DNA of 64,000 nucleotides from Escherichia coli (GTDB lineage Bacteria; Pseudomonadota; Gammaproteobacteria; Enterobacterales; Enterobacteriaceae): NCBI RefSeq assembly GCF_003018235.1, contig NZ_CP027438.1; one strand, 5' to 3'. Shown piece by piece: positions 13,823 to 24,586 of this stretch (position 1 is its first letter; each line of letters starts with the position of its first letter). The notes under the pieces were generated by a model. It saw only the letters and a program-made list of their open reading frames with translations, ran no database searches and was not told where the DNA came from. The position numbers and the translations under genes were made by a program.

Positions 13823-14083
13823 ATGGATCAGGAAATGACGTTTTCACTCAGCTATGAACAACTGACCCGGTTTGCGGAAAAACGCATCCGGGAATGCAAT
13901 CTGGACAGCCAGGGCGTAACTTATCTCTGCGAGTCAGCCAAAGCCGGAGCCGTGCTGATCTTCTGGCATGAACTGGCCATAAATGGCTATACCTCAATGA
14001 ATGCCATAAAGAGACAGGAGATCATTGACGCCGACCATCAGCGCCTCAGAAAGCTCATCTGGCCGGAGGATGACTGGAAATGA
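13823..14083 (+). CDS. hypothetical protein
   Basis: 86-aa ORF, stop overlaps start of next ORF (ATGA); GC-rich block. Confidence 0.4.
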   Translation: MDQEMTFSLSYEQLTRFAEKRIRECNLDSQGVTYLCESAKAGAVLIFWHELAINGYTSMNAIKRQEIIDADHQRLRKLIWPEDDWK

Positions 14084-14670
14084 CTCAGAGCCGCCGACCG
14101 TCGCCACTGCAGCGGAGAGTGCTGATTGTGCTGGCTGCCCTTGATGAAAAACGGCCAGGCCCCGTGCTGACGCGGGACATAGAGCGGGTGCTGGAGCGAA
14201 GCGGGGAAGCCCCGGTCTACGGGCCAAACCTGCGCGCCTCCTGCCGTCGTCTGGAGGATGCCGGCTGGCTGCGTACCCTGCGCGCTCCGAACCTGCAGCT
14301 GGCAGTGGAGCTGACGGACGCCGGCCGTTCCGTGGCACAGCCTCTGCTGCTGGCAGAACAGGACCGCCTCTGGGCAGAACAGCGTGCGGCAGAAGTCGTC
14401 GTACTGCCGCTGGTCCCGGCAGCAGGTCTGCCCGCAGACGGCACTTCTGCCACTGATCTGGCGGTGCATCTGAACGGCATAACGTATCAGGCCTGCCGTG
14501 GGGATTTTGTGGTGCGTCTCGACGGCAGCACCTGTCTGCAGTTATGGAATAAAGAAGGCAGAGTGGTACGCCGGGAGGGCGATCCGCTGGAAGTGGCGCA
14601 GTGGCTGCAGGCCTGTCACGATGCAGGAATGGAGGTTCGCGTACAGATAAATGAAAGTACCGCTCCGTAA
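14080..14670 (+). CDS. hypothetical protein
   Basis: 196-aa ORF in the GC-rich block; minus-strand ORFs over it look like mirror artefacts. Confidence 0.45.
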   Translation: MTQSRRPSPLQRRVLIVLAALDEKRPGPVLTRDIERVLERSGEAPVYGPNLRASCRRLEDAGWLRTLRAPNLQLAVELTDAGRSVAQPLLLAEQDRLWAEQRAAEVVVLPLVPAAGLPADGTSATDLAVHLNGITYQACRGDFVVRLDGSTCLQLWNKEGRVVRREGDPLEVAQWLQACHDAGMEVRVQINESTAP

Positions 14671-14689
14671 GAACACGCCTGTGCACGGT

Positions 14690-15037
14690 TTACACATCAT
14701 CCCATGGTGGCAGCCGGTTAACTTTCCTGCGCCACCAGTGGAAAGAGGCCATGCACAGTCCGAACAAAAAACCACCCGTGATACTTATAATAATGGCCTC
14801 ACCTGCCACCATTCCTGACGTCCCCCAGTAGATAAACCACATTGCACATCCCCAGGAAATGCCCCATAAGCTCCCCATCAACAGCGTGACCTGCCAGAAC
14901 GGCATAAAGGGTAATGGCGGAAGCCGGATACCCAGCCGCCATAGAATACGCAGAAGAGGAGGGGCATAATTGCTCCGCCACATCTTTTTGCTGTCCATCA
15001 GGGCAATGGCCCGGGCTTTTTTCTGCTCAAAGGTCAC
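14690..15037 (-). CDS. small inner-membrane protein, function unknown
   Basis: 115 aa, two to three predicted TM helices. Confidence 0.4.
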   Translation of the reverse strand: MTFEQKKARAIALMDSKKMWRSNYAPPLLRILWRLGIRLPPLPFMPFWQVTLLMGSLWGISWGCAMWFIYWGTSGMVAGEAIIISITGGFLFGLCMASFHWWRRKVNRLPPWDDV

Positions 15038-15165
15038 AGGAGCACCTCCGTTCCATGATGTAAACGTGACACAGATTATTGTTATTGATTATTATTATCA
15101 TGCTGTGATTATGTTGTCATGCACCGGTACACTGACAAAAGAAAGGGAGAACAGGAGGCTGGCTG

Positions 15166-15501
15166 ATGAACAGGAAATATTATCTTAATAATATGTGGTG
15201 GGGATGGTTTATGGGTGGGTATACTCTGTATATGTCATGAGATTATGAGTTTAAATACAGATTGCTGTTCTGGTGTATTTCTCTCTGCGGAATGGTTTTG
15301 TATCCGGTTGCCAGATGGTGTATTGAAAATACTGCCCTGAAATTTACCCGGCCTCATTTCTGGAATAGCGGTTTTTTTGCTGATACTCCCGGAAAAATGG
15401 GATTACTTGCGGTTTATACGGGTACTGTTTTCATATTATCTCTTCCGTTAACTCTGATATATATTCTTTCTGTTATCATAAAAAGGCTGTCTGTAAGATA
15501 G
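15166..15501 (+). pseudogene. iia: colicin Ia immunity protein gene with premature in-frame TGA at codon 25
   Basis: MNRKYYLNNMWWGWFMGGYTLYMS-stop-DYEFKYRLLFWCISLCGMVLYP...; TGA at 15238-15240 where the immunity protein has Trp; remainder intact to 15501. Confidence 0.7.
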
Positions 15502-15522
15502 ACAGCCTGTCTTATATATTAT
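15502..15522. terminator. shared terminator hairpin between convergent iia and cia
   Basis: AGACAGCCTGTCT palindrome between the two stop codons. Confidence 0.4.
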
Positions 15523-17402
15523 TTAAATGCCCCAGAACTTATTCGCTTTTTCCACAAGCGTTTCATCAATCAGAGCACCGGTGACAGCCATCAGTAAACC
15601 ATACCCGATAATGCCTAAAGCGCTTCCGGTAAGAATACTGAAGACCAGAGCAACAAGAGCCGTTGCGGCATTACCTGCTATGATGGTTTCTGTTTTAACA
15701 AAAAAAGGACGCCAGTTATCTGTCCGGGCAGCCTTACCAAACTCAGTGATCCAGTCAGCAAAATTTGTAATTTTTCCTGCATATCCCAGTCCGCGACTGA
15801 ACCTGTTCAGATTAGACGATATATCAGACAGCTTCACAGACTCAAGGGCTGCGGCAATCGCTGCACGATCTTTTGCATTAATTTTTTTGTTAATGTCAGC
15901 CCGGTACTTTTCATACGTTTTTAATGCCTCTTCAACATTACGTATTTTCTTCCCTTTAGCCTGCCCGGCCATCTCTCTGGCTAACTGCTCAGCTTTTGCA
16001 CCATATTTTTCTGAAACTGATTTCAGGAACTCTGTTGTGAAATTAATTGCGTCTTTCGTTGCCTTCAGTTCATCCTGTTTTCTTTTCTCTTCCGCTATCT
16101 TCTGATTGATGCCGGCAAGCTGGTTACGGATATTCTCTTTTTCCTTCAACAGGGCATTAAGAGCGTCATTTGCATTCTTTTGCTCATTTGTTCTGGCACT
16201 GAGGTTATTTCTCGCCGAATTTACCGCAGATTCAGCAGAGGTGATTTTATTTCTGGCATCAAGCAATCTTTGCCGTAACTTATCCCATTCAGCAACTTCA
16301 GCATTATAAATTTTCTTGTCACCTTCCACATCCTCTGTCACCACCGGATTCCGGTCATTCAGAATATTGCGTTATAGTCCAGACCGGAATGGGTCAGAAG
16401 ATAATTCAGGTTTGCACGGTTATCAATGACCGCGCTGGTTGTGATTTTTATCGTACCGGCAAATCTCGGATCACCACTCACAACAATAGAATGATTTGTT
16501 GATGAACGCCCCGGGAAATTTTCAGGGGAAACTATCGTTTTGCCGTCAGGCGTGTTTTTCTGTTGCGTCAGCTGTTGTTCAGCTCTGGTTAATGCATTAC
16601 GGGCCGTGTTAAGCGATTCCGTCACCGAACTGAGTTTATTCCGGGCCTCTGAAATGGCCCTGTCATTCCGTGTCTGCTGCCCGAGCAGACGGGCCTGTTG
16701 TGCATCAAGAACGGCAAGGGCTGCCCCGCCATTTTTTTCCAACTCTGACAACCGCGTGTCCAGAATACCTTTTCTGCGCTCGTATTCAGCAAGCATATCA
16801 GCGGCCTTCTTGTCTGCGTTCTGCGCATCCTTCTGCCGTTTTTCAGCCTGTTCGATTAACGACCTGGCCTCGCGGGGAGATATACGAAGAGAATCAGCAT
16901 CAGCAAACAGCATCCGGCTCTCTGTATGCAGGCGGAGGGCATCATATCCGGCGATTTCAGTACGGAATCCGTATTCTCTCAGCTCTGCCTGCAGGAGTCT
17001 GAACTCCTGTCGTGTAATATCAGCGGTATCTGCGTTTCCGGCACGGAGTGTTTTCAGTGTGTTTTCATCTTTTTCCCTTGCAGCAATCGCCGCAGAGAGG
17101 CGTTTTCCGGCTTCAGTACGTTTATTCTCATTCTCTTTCTGCTGCGCGCTGAGCGTGTTTTTGTACGCTGTGATTTCCTTGTCCCTTTTTTCGATATCAC
17201 TCCGGGTTGGGGAATCATCGACCCACTCGTTTCCACCCCAGATGGTTTTGTTCCCGAAGGAATTCCATGCAGGCGGGGTACCATGAAAGACATCGACACG
17301 TGGAGGGTTTACATAAATATCAACGGCCATAATTTCATGGCCATCTGAATCATACCCCAGCGATTCTGCACCGGGATTTGTAATACGTACAGGGTCAGAC
17401 AT
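15523..17402 (-). pseudogene. cia: colicin Ia structural gene with a 1-bp frameshift
   Basis: N-part ORF 16359..17402 (MSDPVRITNPGAESLGYDSDGHEIMAVDIYVNPPRVDVFHG...) and C-part ORF 15523..16344 ending in the pore-forming hairpin (...AGNAATALVALVFSILTGSALGIIGYGLLMAVTGALID...KFWGI); frames rejoin if one nucleotide is added near 16372. Confidence 0.85.
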
Positions 17403-17443
17403 TCGGTATCTCCTTCATCCTCTGAGGAAAACAAATGAATTAA

Positions 17444-17472
17444 CTGCTTGCATATATGGATACATATACAGT
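17444..17472. promoter_or_regulatory. tandem LexA (SOS) boxes of the colicin promoter
   Basis: Minus-strand TACTGTATATGTATCCATATATGCAAGCAG, two overlapping CTGT-N8-ACAG-like boxes 30-60 bp upstream of cia start. Confidence 0.55.
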
Positions 17473-17784
17473 ATTAATTTATTAAGGAGAAAATGGCATG
17501 TCAAGACTTAATAATAGTGATTATCATTAACATGAGGTGGTGTTATACCGTTCAGAAAGCCTGCTGACGCTGTGGCAGCATCACAGTCTGAGTATTCTCT
17601 GGTGCAATACAAAATTGACTCTTTGCAAAATCGCACTCAACACGTTTTATCTGTGCGTATAGCTTGCGGCATGACAAGACATAGATTTGATTACTGTCAC
17701 AAAAGTAAGTAAAAACTTTATCATCTATCACACCGAATATTTTAAGAATTAGACGAGACGCAAAAACAGAAGATAGTGCACTAA

Positions 17785-18054
17785 TTATTGCAAGGAGATT
17801 TTTATATGTGTTATCTGATTTTTTATTTTTTCACTAATATATACAAATAAAAACAAGGCAAAAAATATAATTGTATACATGCATGTTATTACATATGACT
17901 TATCTGTTGGAGGAGGTGGTAAAAACTGGAGAGGGGATACAAGTAATACAAGGAAAAAGAAAGTTAAAGTTTTCTTTTCCTTGTTATCGTATTTTCCCAA
18001 TAGAAACAAATATGACAATATAATTAAAAGCATGGATGTATATATGCTAATCAT
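17785..18054 (-). CDS. small hydrophobic membrane protein, possible immunity-like protein
   Basis: 89 aa, two predicted TM helices, very AT-rich; directly downstream of the Gly-rich ORF. Confidence 0.35.
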   Translation of the reverse strand: MISIYTSMLLIILSYLFLLGKYDNKEKKTLTFFFLVLLVSPLQFLPPPPTDKSYVITCMYTIIFFALFLFVYISEKIKNQITHIKISLQ

Positions 18055-18065
18055 TGTATGCTCCT

Positions 18066-18659
18066 TTAATGACAGGATGATTGGCCGTTTTTACCTGTAG
18101 CTTTTATTGCTCCTGATGCTGAAGAACTTAAAACAGTGCTTGCGATAGCTCCTTTTACAGTATTACCAAAAAATACATTGTCTGTCATGCCGCCAACAAA
18201 GCCGGCTCCTGCACTTAATCCGGCACCGCTCCAGCTAATAATTTTTCGGTTCAATCACCGGAAGAAATTATCAACGTAATCATCCCATGCATGCCCCTGA
18301 ACAGACCACTCACGATTAACCGGAGGCGGGAATCCACTTCGACAGTAGCCGTTCTTCCCCTCAAAATCAAATACACCATGTGGATATCCGTTTATCAGCA
18401 GAACACACTTCAGGCAGTCCTCAGACCAGCCAATCTTCACATCAGAGGGGATGTGAGCATCTGAAATATCTTCAACGTTATATATATGCACAGCATCCCT
18501 GACAGGGTTACCTTCAGCGGACTCATCAAGTGCATAGAAATATCCGGTATTCCCGTCATCTTCAAATACAGCGGCCAACATTCCATCAGGAGCTAAACTT
18601 TTTATCGCCATAGCCTCACCAACTATGAGTTGAGTCTGTGCCGTCACGAGTATTGTCAT
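18066..18659 (-). CDS. unknown protein split by an in-frame TGA: 134-aa N-part plus 62-aa Gly/Ala/Ser-rich C-part
   Basis: ORFs 18255..18659 and 18066..18254 are in the same frame, separated only by TGA; C-part has glycine-zipper-like GAGLSAGAGFVGG. Confidence 0.35.
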
Positions 18660-18828
18660 AAAACATGTCTCTCCGTTCCAGTTTGTCTGATGATATAAAT
18701 CCCCCGGGACTCATCCCGGCAGGTAAAATCATACTCTCAACAAAACTTTTCTTCTCCTGCCTCAGGCGAGTCCACAGAGAAAATAACAATTCTGAGAGTT
18801 ATCTGCGGGAAAGGCTATTTATATGTTA

Positions 18829-19116
18829 CTATCTCATTCTCTCACTGGCGAGATTATAAACGTTACTACGTTCTCGTTTTCCTACCGCAACAACCGCAAT
18901 AATTAACATATCGTCAATCACCTGATAAACCAGACGAAATCCCGATGCACGTAGTTTAATTTTGTAGCAGTCCTTTAGCCCTCTTAGTTTTGCCGACGGT
19001 ATATGAGGATTTTCGCTGCATTTTTTTAGTTTTTTCACAAACTGTTGTTGAATGGTCTTATCCAGTTTCAGCCATTCCTTGAGCGCATCATCCCTGAATT
19101 TTACCGTATAAGTCAT
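18829..19116 (-). CDS. RelE/ParE-family toxin (StbE-like)
   Basis: 95 aa; 4-bp overlap with upstream antitoxin gene. Confidence 0.75.
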   Translation of the reverse strand: MTYTVKFRDDALKEWLKLDKTIQQQFVKKLKKCSENPHIPSAKLRGLKDCYKIKLRASGFRLVYQVIDDMLIIAVVAVGKRERSNVYNLASERMR

Positions 19117-19364
19117 AAATAACTGTCCAGGTCCACATCATGCAGTGGCTGATTGCTGCGCTCAGTAACCAGTTTCACCAGTTCCTGGTCATCCAGAGCA
19201 TCAAGCATCCTTTCATACAGTTCAGCAGGCACACAGTAGAATGCCGGCTGATTCCGGTTAAGAATGGCGACAGGGTAACCATCTCCGGCACTGACTGTAG
19301 CCATAGGATTTTTTTTCAGTTCACTGACACTTGCACTGGTGTCAGACAGAATGATGTTAGGCAT
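19113..19364 (-). CDS. Phd/YefM/RelB-type antitoxin (StbD-like)
   Basis: 83 aa from MPNIILSDTSASVSELKK; precedes and overlaps toxin gene. Confidence 0.7.
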   Translation of the reverse strand: MPNIILSDTSASVSELKKNPMATVSAGDGYPVAILNRNQPAFYCVPAELYERMLDALDDQELVKLVTERSNQPLHDVDLDSYL

Positions 19365-19889
19365 AACGCACCTTTGAGACTGTTTAACAAGTCTTAACGA
19401 TATCCCTGAAACGACCACTTAACAAGTCTTTATTACTCACACTTTTGCAAATGCATTAAATGCTGCTTGTATTATTCTGATGCCGTGTCAGCGGCATGGA
19501 AGGCGGTACTCCGTTGTTGCATATGATACCGGAGTAAAACCGCCGAAGCCCGGCGTAAGCCGGTACTGATTGACAGATTTCACCTTACCCCTCCAGCCCT
19601 GCCAGGCCATACCCGCGTTCAGCCATGACAGAACTTCTGTGCGCGGTCGGAGTGGTCCCGACAAGGGTTTACCCGAAGTCGGGGCGTATCTCCGCGTTAG
19701 CGGGCCGTCAGGGCCGCTTACGAGCGTGTACTGAGGACTTCCAGCCAGAACACTGACAGCAATGATGTTGTATAGTTACAACATTCATAATTAAAAGCGA
19801 TGTTGTTCCCGCCCTTTGGGCGGGGGCGGCGGCGCTTTTCAGTTATGAGGAGGGGCATTGTGGTTTCAGTTCTGCGCGGACCGGGGTTT

Positions 19890-20330
19890 TTCCGGTGGTT
19901 GTATTTGAGTGTTGTAACTAAAATGACTCCGGTCGGGGCCCGCCGCTTGCGGTGGGAGGTGCATATCTGTCTGTCCACAGGACAGGCAGTGAACAGGTTT
20001 TCTTTTTAAATGAATGTAATTAAGTAGTTTAAAGGAGATATAAACAGGTGTTTAAAAGATACATTGCACCCTGTAAGACTGGCGGCTGGCGCTTTATGAC
20101 ATGAACGGTTGTAACCTTATGGGGAAGTCCCTTGCAGTTAAATGTGGATAAGCAAAATTCCCCGTCGCTGAGGCGTATTTTGTATTAAAAACAGGAGGAA
20201 CCGGATGCACCAGAAGGTGGATGGTGAGGTTGTTTTTTGTATGTGGTGCTGATTTTTTGTGCGCTGACGGGCTTCAGGCGTGCGAATGCCTCCGGCGCGT
20301 GCCGGATTATTCTGAGGAGGTCACTTTCAG
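19890..20330. other. IncFII oriR region (approximate)
   Basis: Immediately downstream of repA1 on minus strand; contains CCGCCAGTCTTACAGGGTGCAATGTATCTTTTAAACACCTGTTTATATCTCCTTTAAACTACTTAATTACATTCATTTAAAAAGAAAACC (read on minus strand) recalled from R1/R100 ori. Confidence 0.45.
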
Positions 20331-21184
20331 GGGGAAGCTGTGGCCAGGCGGCTGTAATTGCGGTTACGTGACAGAATCATGCGCTCCTTCACACGACGCT
20401 CCACTTCGCGTTTTACCGCCTCACGATTGGCAGTGAAGCGCCCTTCCGAGATTTCACGCGTCAGCTGCCGTTTCACCAGGGTGACGATATCCTGACGTTC
20501 CCTGTTCGCATCACGACGCGCACGGGCACGTTTTATTCCACGGGACTTAAGCTCTGTCTGGTAACTGCGGAAACGCTCACGCACAAAACGCCAGGCTTTC
20601 GCTATCAGCTCATCCATACCCAGGGTATCCAGCCCCTGCTTTTTGCGCTGTTTGTTTTCCCATTCAACACGACTGCGGCGCGCAGCTGCCACTGCATCCT
20701 CAGACACATCAAGGGCAGCAAACAGAGCCAGTGTGAACGTGATGTCGGTCGGAATGTAGCACCCGATAAGCGGGTCATATTCCGTCTGGTAGGTAATCAA
20801 CCCCAGCTCTGACAGGAACGTCAGGGCACGGGTGGCACGGGTGATGGAGAGTTTTCCGGCAGCAGACTCCGTCGCCAGTCCGCACTCAATGGCCAGCGTG
20901 GTGATGGAGCACTGGACGCGGTTGGCCAGCGGGTCATAGTGGAAACACAGCCCCTGCAGGAGCGCATCAATAGCCCGTCGACGCAGTACCGGTGGCATGC
21001 GTCGACGCAGACCACGCGAACGGGCATGCGCCACATGAATGGCGAAATCAAAACGGGAAGTGAAGCCCACCGCCTTTTCCATCAGTTTTTCGCAGAACTT
21101 CAGCGTTCCGGCACCTTTACGGGGTGTAAACACCGGATTCGGGTTCTTTACCTGGCGGTAATACGTTTGTTGAAGATCAGTCAC
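20327..21184 (-). CDS. repA1: RepFIIA replication initiator RepA1 (GTG start)
   Basis: 285 aa [107 protein letters not shown]...; ORF-track start 21196 is an upstream in-frame ATG. Confidence 0.9.
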   Translation of the reverse strand: MTDLQQTYYRQVKNPNPVFTPRKGAGTLKFCEKLMEKAVGFTSRFDFAIHVAHARSRGLRRRMPPVLRRRAIDALLQGLCFHYDPLANRVQCSITTLAIECGLATESAAGKLSITRATRALTFLSELGLITYQTEYDPLIGCYIPTDITFTLALFAALDVSEDAVAAARRSRVEWENKQRKKQGLDTLGMDELIAKAWRFVRERFRSYQTELKSRGIKRARARRDANRERQDIVTLVKRQLTREISEGRFTANREAVKREVERRVKERMILSRNRNYSRLATASP

Positions 21185-21251
21185 ACCATCCTGCACTTAT
21201 GTTGCACAGAAGGAGTGAGCACAGAAAGAAGTCTTGAACTTTTCCGGGCAT
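21177..21251 (-). CDS. repA leader peptide (tap/repA6), translationally coupled to repA1
   Basis: 24 codons [24 protein letters not shown], stop overlapping repA1 GTG. Confidence 0.6.
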   Translation of the reverse strand: MPGKVQDFFLCSLLLCNISAGWCD

Positions 21252-21254
21252 ATA

Positions 21255-21345
21255 ACTATACTCCCCGCATAGAGCAACAGCTTCTATGCAGTTTCTTGTT
21301 AGCCCCGGTAATCTTCTTCGTCGCCAAACATAGAAAGATTATCGG
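21255..21345 (+). ncRNA. copA: CopA-type antisense RNA region (approximate)
   Basis: Position between copB and tap on the strand opposite to repA mRNA, as in IncFII control regions; boundaries not determined. Confidence 0.3.
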
Positions 21346-21481
21346 GGTTTTCGCTTTTCTGGCTCCTGTAAATCCACATCAGAACCAGTTCCCTGCCACC
21401 TTACGGCGTGGCCAGCCACAAAATTCCTTAAACGATCAGCAATCTATCACTCACGCCTGAGATAAGCAAGAATGTGAATAT

Positions 21482-21739
21482 TTACGAAGTCGCTCTGCGT
21501 TTCAGCTCTGATTCAATCAGTTTTTCAAGCATCTGCGCCTGGGTAATACCTTCCTCATCCGCCAGTTCACTCAGCCTGTCTTTTAACCGGGCCTGGATAA
21601 CCGCATGAAAAGCCTTATGAGTGTTGCTTCTGCGAGCCAGAGAAGCTCTTTGCCTCTCTCTGGCCGGAACAGGGTTACCTTTCCGGTATGCACGCTTGGT
21701 GCCTGATGAGGAAGTCACTGCATTTTCTATCTGCGACAT
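21482..21739 (-). CDS. repA2: RepA2 (CopB) copy-number repressor
   Basis: 85 aa [85 protein letters not shown]. Confidence 0.85.
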   Translation of the reverse strand: MSQIENAVTSSSGTKRAYRKGNPVPARERQRASLARRSNTHKAFHAVIQARLKDRLSELADEEGITQAQMLEKLIESELKRRATS

Positions 21740-22022
21740 CTCGCCTCCTCAATACTCGAACAGAGATCGTTTCGCGGAGGATACTACAGTTTTTTGAAAT
21801 CAGCGACTTGAAAGTTGTAACGATGCTCAGTGTTGGCGCATAAATCATGTCTGATTACGATCGTTTAATGTGATTTTGATTATGAAATGACTGAAAAGCA
21901 GGAAATGCCTTAACCTGGATGCCGGCCCCGGGCGGGACCGGCTGTTTCTGGCATGTCGGGTGTTTGCCCCTGAAATACCTCACACTTCCGGAAAGCGGGG
22001 ACTTCCGTCCCCGCCCGGCAGC

Positions 22023-22172
22023 TTACTTCCGTGCTTCGTAGGCCAGAGTTACCTGCACCACTGTATTTCCCCTGTGAATACTCAGCTCACATAACCGTTC
22101 CCTGAATATCAGTGAAAAACACAACACCGTGGCGCACACGGCAAGCAACCCGATAAGGGCATACTTCGTCAT
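22023..22172 (-). CDS. Hok/Gef-family type I toxin
   Basis: 49-aa ORF MTKYALIGLLAVCATVLCFSLIFRERLCELSIHRGNTVVQVTLAYEARK; single TM helix then conserved LCE motif; antisense Sok-like RNA expected just upstream (about 22180-22260, plus strand) but not delimited. Confidence 0.7.
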   Translation of the reverse strand: MTKYALIGLLAVCATVLCFSLIFRERLCELSIHRGNTVVQVTLAYEARK

Positions 22173-22441
22173 AAACTTTGACCTCTCTGCAAGGAAGAGG
22201 CTACAATCAGTAGTGCAACGTACTTCATGCAGACCTCACGAGTTAATGGATTAACGAGTGGGGTCTTCGCATTTCTGGTACCTGCGTCTTGCCTGAACCA
22301 GAAAGGCTCAGACACCCGCCGCGATAATACCACATTCCCTGTTGCTGACTATTACCCCCATTTACCTGTTTGGTTACAGAAACCTTTGTCATCGTGCCAG
22401 AAAATTAATAGTCAGCACACACAATCTGGCAATAGTTAAAT

Positions 22442-24586
22442 TTAATCAACGCCCCCCTTGTATTTATTATCGCCAGATAATGAAATCTCCTTAACTCTCC
22501 CTCCCTCAATATTTATGATCTTGTCAGTTGCACTAAGTACATCATCTTTATGGCTCACAATAATCTTAGTACAATCAAGAGACAATATTACCTGATTAAT
22601 TTCATATTCTGACTCTGCATCAAGATTACTGGTTGCTTCATCAAGTATTAATAACTTTGGTTTCCTGAATAAAGCTCTGGCTAACAGGATTTTCTGCTTC
22701 TGCCCTGCAGATAAAATATTTCCGGCATCATTGACAGGAGTGAAATACCCCATAGGAAGCCTTTCTATTATATCATGGATGCCAATTTTTTTTGTTAGTT
22801 CCAATAACTCAGGGGAGGGTGTCGAGTCATTGAATGTTATATTATAGATTATTGTTCCATTTAAAAGAATATCACCCTGTAAAACAGTGCCGGACACACT
22901 TCTGATATCTTCTATTTTATTGTTTTTGTCACCATCTGTAAAGATAATATGACCACCACTCAATTCTACCAACCCCAAAATAGCATAAAGAAGAGATGTC
23001 TTTCCCCCTCCAGATTTGCCTCTGAGAAGAACTGTCTCCCCAGGGTATATTTTTAGGTTAACGTCAGTTAAAACATTAACTTCTCTGCCATGATATTTCA
23101 TACTCAAATTAACGCACTCAATACCAACTGCTCCATGAGTATCTTTCCCGGATAAAGTGAAAGGTATCTTCTCATAATCTGCATCAGATATATCTGAAAC
23201 TCTTGAAATATGTATGCGAATAACACCAAGCTGGATAAAGAAATCAATCATGTTAGTCACCCTTCTGCTGAACTGTTCTGAATATGCAATAAAAGCGACA
23301 AGCATACCAATAGTAAAGGATGAATTAATCACAAACAGTCCGCCAAAGTAAAGTATTGAGATATTTTTTACCGCCGAAAGGAGATTACTTGATGATGAGA
23401 GCACAATATTTAATAAATCCATTTTTGTCTTTATGTTGATCCCTTCGATAAGGCTATTTTCATAAATACCTGCCGTTGTGTATTCCTGAAAGTAAAGCTT
23501 TATTGTTTGATTGTATTTGATTGACTCAATTAGTGCACTCTGTTGTCGGGCCTTAACTCTTATAGTGCCCAGATTCAGATATTTCAGAGACGAAAAATAA
23601 AAAACCTTCAGTAAAAAATATAGCAACGATGAAAAGAACACAACAAACGTTAACACAGGGCTATAAGAACACATTATAATGAAGGCCCCTATAGCCATAA
23701 AGAAATCCAACAAAACTTTTGTTAGCTGAGATATAACCACATTACGGATATATTCGAGAGAATTAACTCTGGATAAGATATCGCCAACACTCCTGGATGA
23801 AAAATATTTCATTCTTAATGATATTAGACGATTATAAGCATTTGTTGCCCACTGAACGCTTATGTTTGCATTTAACCAAATAATAAGCCAGTCCCTTGTC
23901 GCCAGTATACCAATACTAACAGCATTAAGAAAAAGATAAAATATCACTGCGGTAACCAATAACTGATAGTCATCATTAACAATGACATTATCAATAACCA
24001 GTTGAGTTATTTGCGGTATCGTAATATTGATAAGTTCAGCTAGAAAAATAAGAATAAACAGGCAGAAAAAAACATTTTTTCCTAAAAAAAACACACTGAG
24101 AATGTAATTATATATTGTTTTATTTCTTTTCTTGTCCTTTCTTAGCTGGTAAAATATTGAACCGTCATTGTATACTTCTATTCCTACTCCGGTAAAAGAC
24201 TCACTGATTTTCTGCAGCGACAAAACCTGAATGCCTTTATCCGGATCATGAACAACATACTTATTTCTCTTTCTTTTTACCAGAACAACAAAATGATTCA
24301 TATTCCAGTGAAGGATGCAAGGTAAACTTAAGCAGTTAAGCTCGTCAATGTTCAGACTGACAGCTCTTGGCATAATCCCCAAAGAACGTAATACTGATAC
24401 GATATCACTTACAGCCCACTCGTTTTTTTTGCTACTTAGTTTATCAAGCACATTCTCCAACAATCCCTCTTTCCCGTAATAACAAGCAAGCATTCTTATA
24501 CATGTCAAAGCACAGTCTGAATTTTCATTCTGAAAATAAAAAGGAAATGCTCTTTTCACTTTAAAATTTAACTTATCAATAATCAT
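22442..24586 (-). CDS. peptidase-C39-containing ABC exporter (CvaB/MchF-like)
   Basis: 714 aa; N-terminal C39 domain (QNENSDCALTCIRMLACYYG), 6-TM core, C-terminal NBD (GKSGGGKTSL, LSAGQKQKILLARAL, ILDEATSNLD). Confidence 0.8.
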   Translation of the reverse strand: MIIDKLNFKVKRAFPFYFQNENSDCALTCIRMLACYYGKEGLLENVLDKLSSKKNEWAVSDIVSVLRSLGIMPRAVSLNIDELNCLSLPCILHWNMNHFVVLVKRKRNKYVVHDPDKGIQVLSLQKISESFTGVGIEVYNDGSIFYQLRKDKKRNKTIYNYILSVFFLGKNVFFCLFILIFLAELINITIPQITQLVIDNVIVNDDYQLLVTAVIFYLFLNAVSIGILATRDWLIIWLNANISVQWATNAYNRLISLRMKYFSSRSVGDILSRVNSLEYIRNVVISQLTKVLLDFFMAIGAFIIMCSYSPVLTFVVFFSSLLYFLLKVFYFSSLKYLNLGTIRVKARQQSALIESIKYNQTIKLYFQEYTTAGIYENSLIEGINIKTKMDLLNIVLSSSSNLLSAVKNISILYFGGLFVINSSFTIGMLVAFIAYSEQFSRRVTNMIDFFIQLGVIRIHISRVSDISDADYEKIPFTLSGKDTHGAVGIECVNLSMKYHGREVNVLTDVNLKIYPGETVLLRGKSGGGKTSLLYAILGLVELSGGHIIFTDGDKNNKIEDIRSVSGTVLQGDILLNGTIIYNITFNDSTPSPELLELTKKIGIHDIIERLPMGYFTPVNDAGNILSAGQKQKILLARALFRKPKLLILDEATSNLDAESEYEINQVILSLDCTKIIVSHKDDVLSATDKIINIEGGRVKEISLSGDNKYKGGVD

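Noticed and set aside
14038-14686. Minus-strand ORFs of 143, 230 and 87 aa overlapping the 196-aa plus-strand gene
   Set aside because: They lie antisense to a more coherent ORF in a GC-rich block and are Arg/Ala/Pro-rich in the way mirror frames of GC-rich genes are; no start context or domain pattern
22227-22439. 70-aa plus-strand ORF upstream of the hok-family gene
   Set aside because: Lies antisense to the expected hok mRNA leader, where a Sok-type antisense RNA rather than a protein is expected
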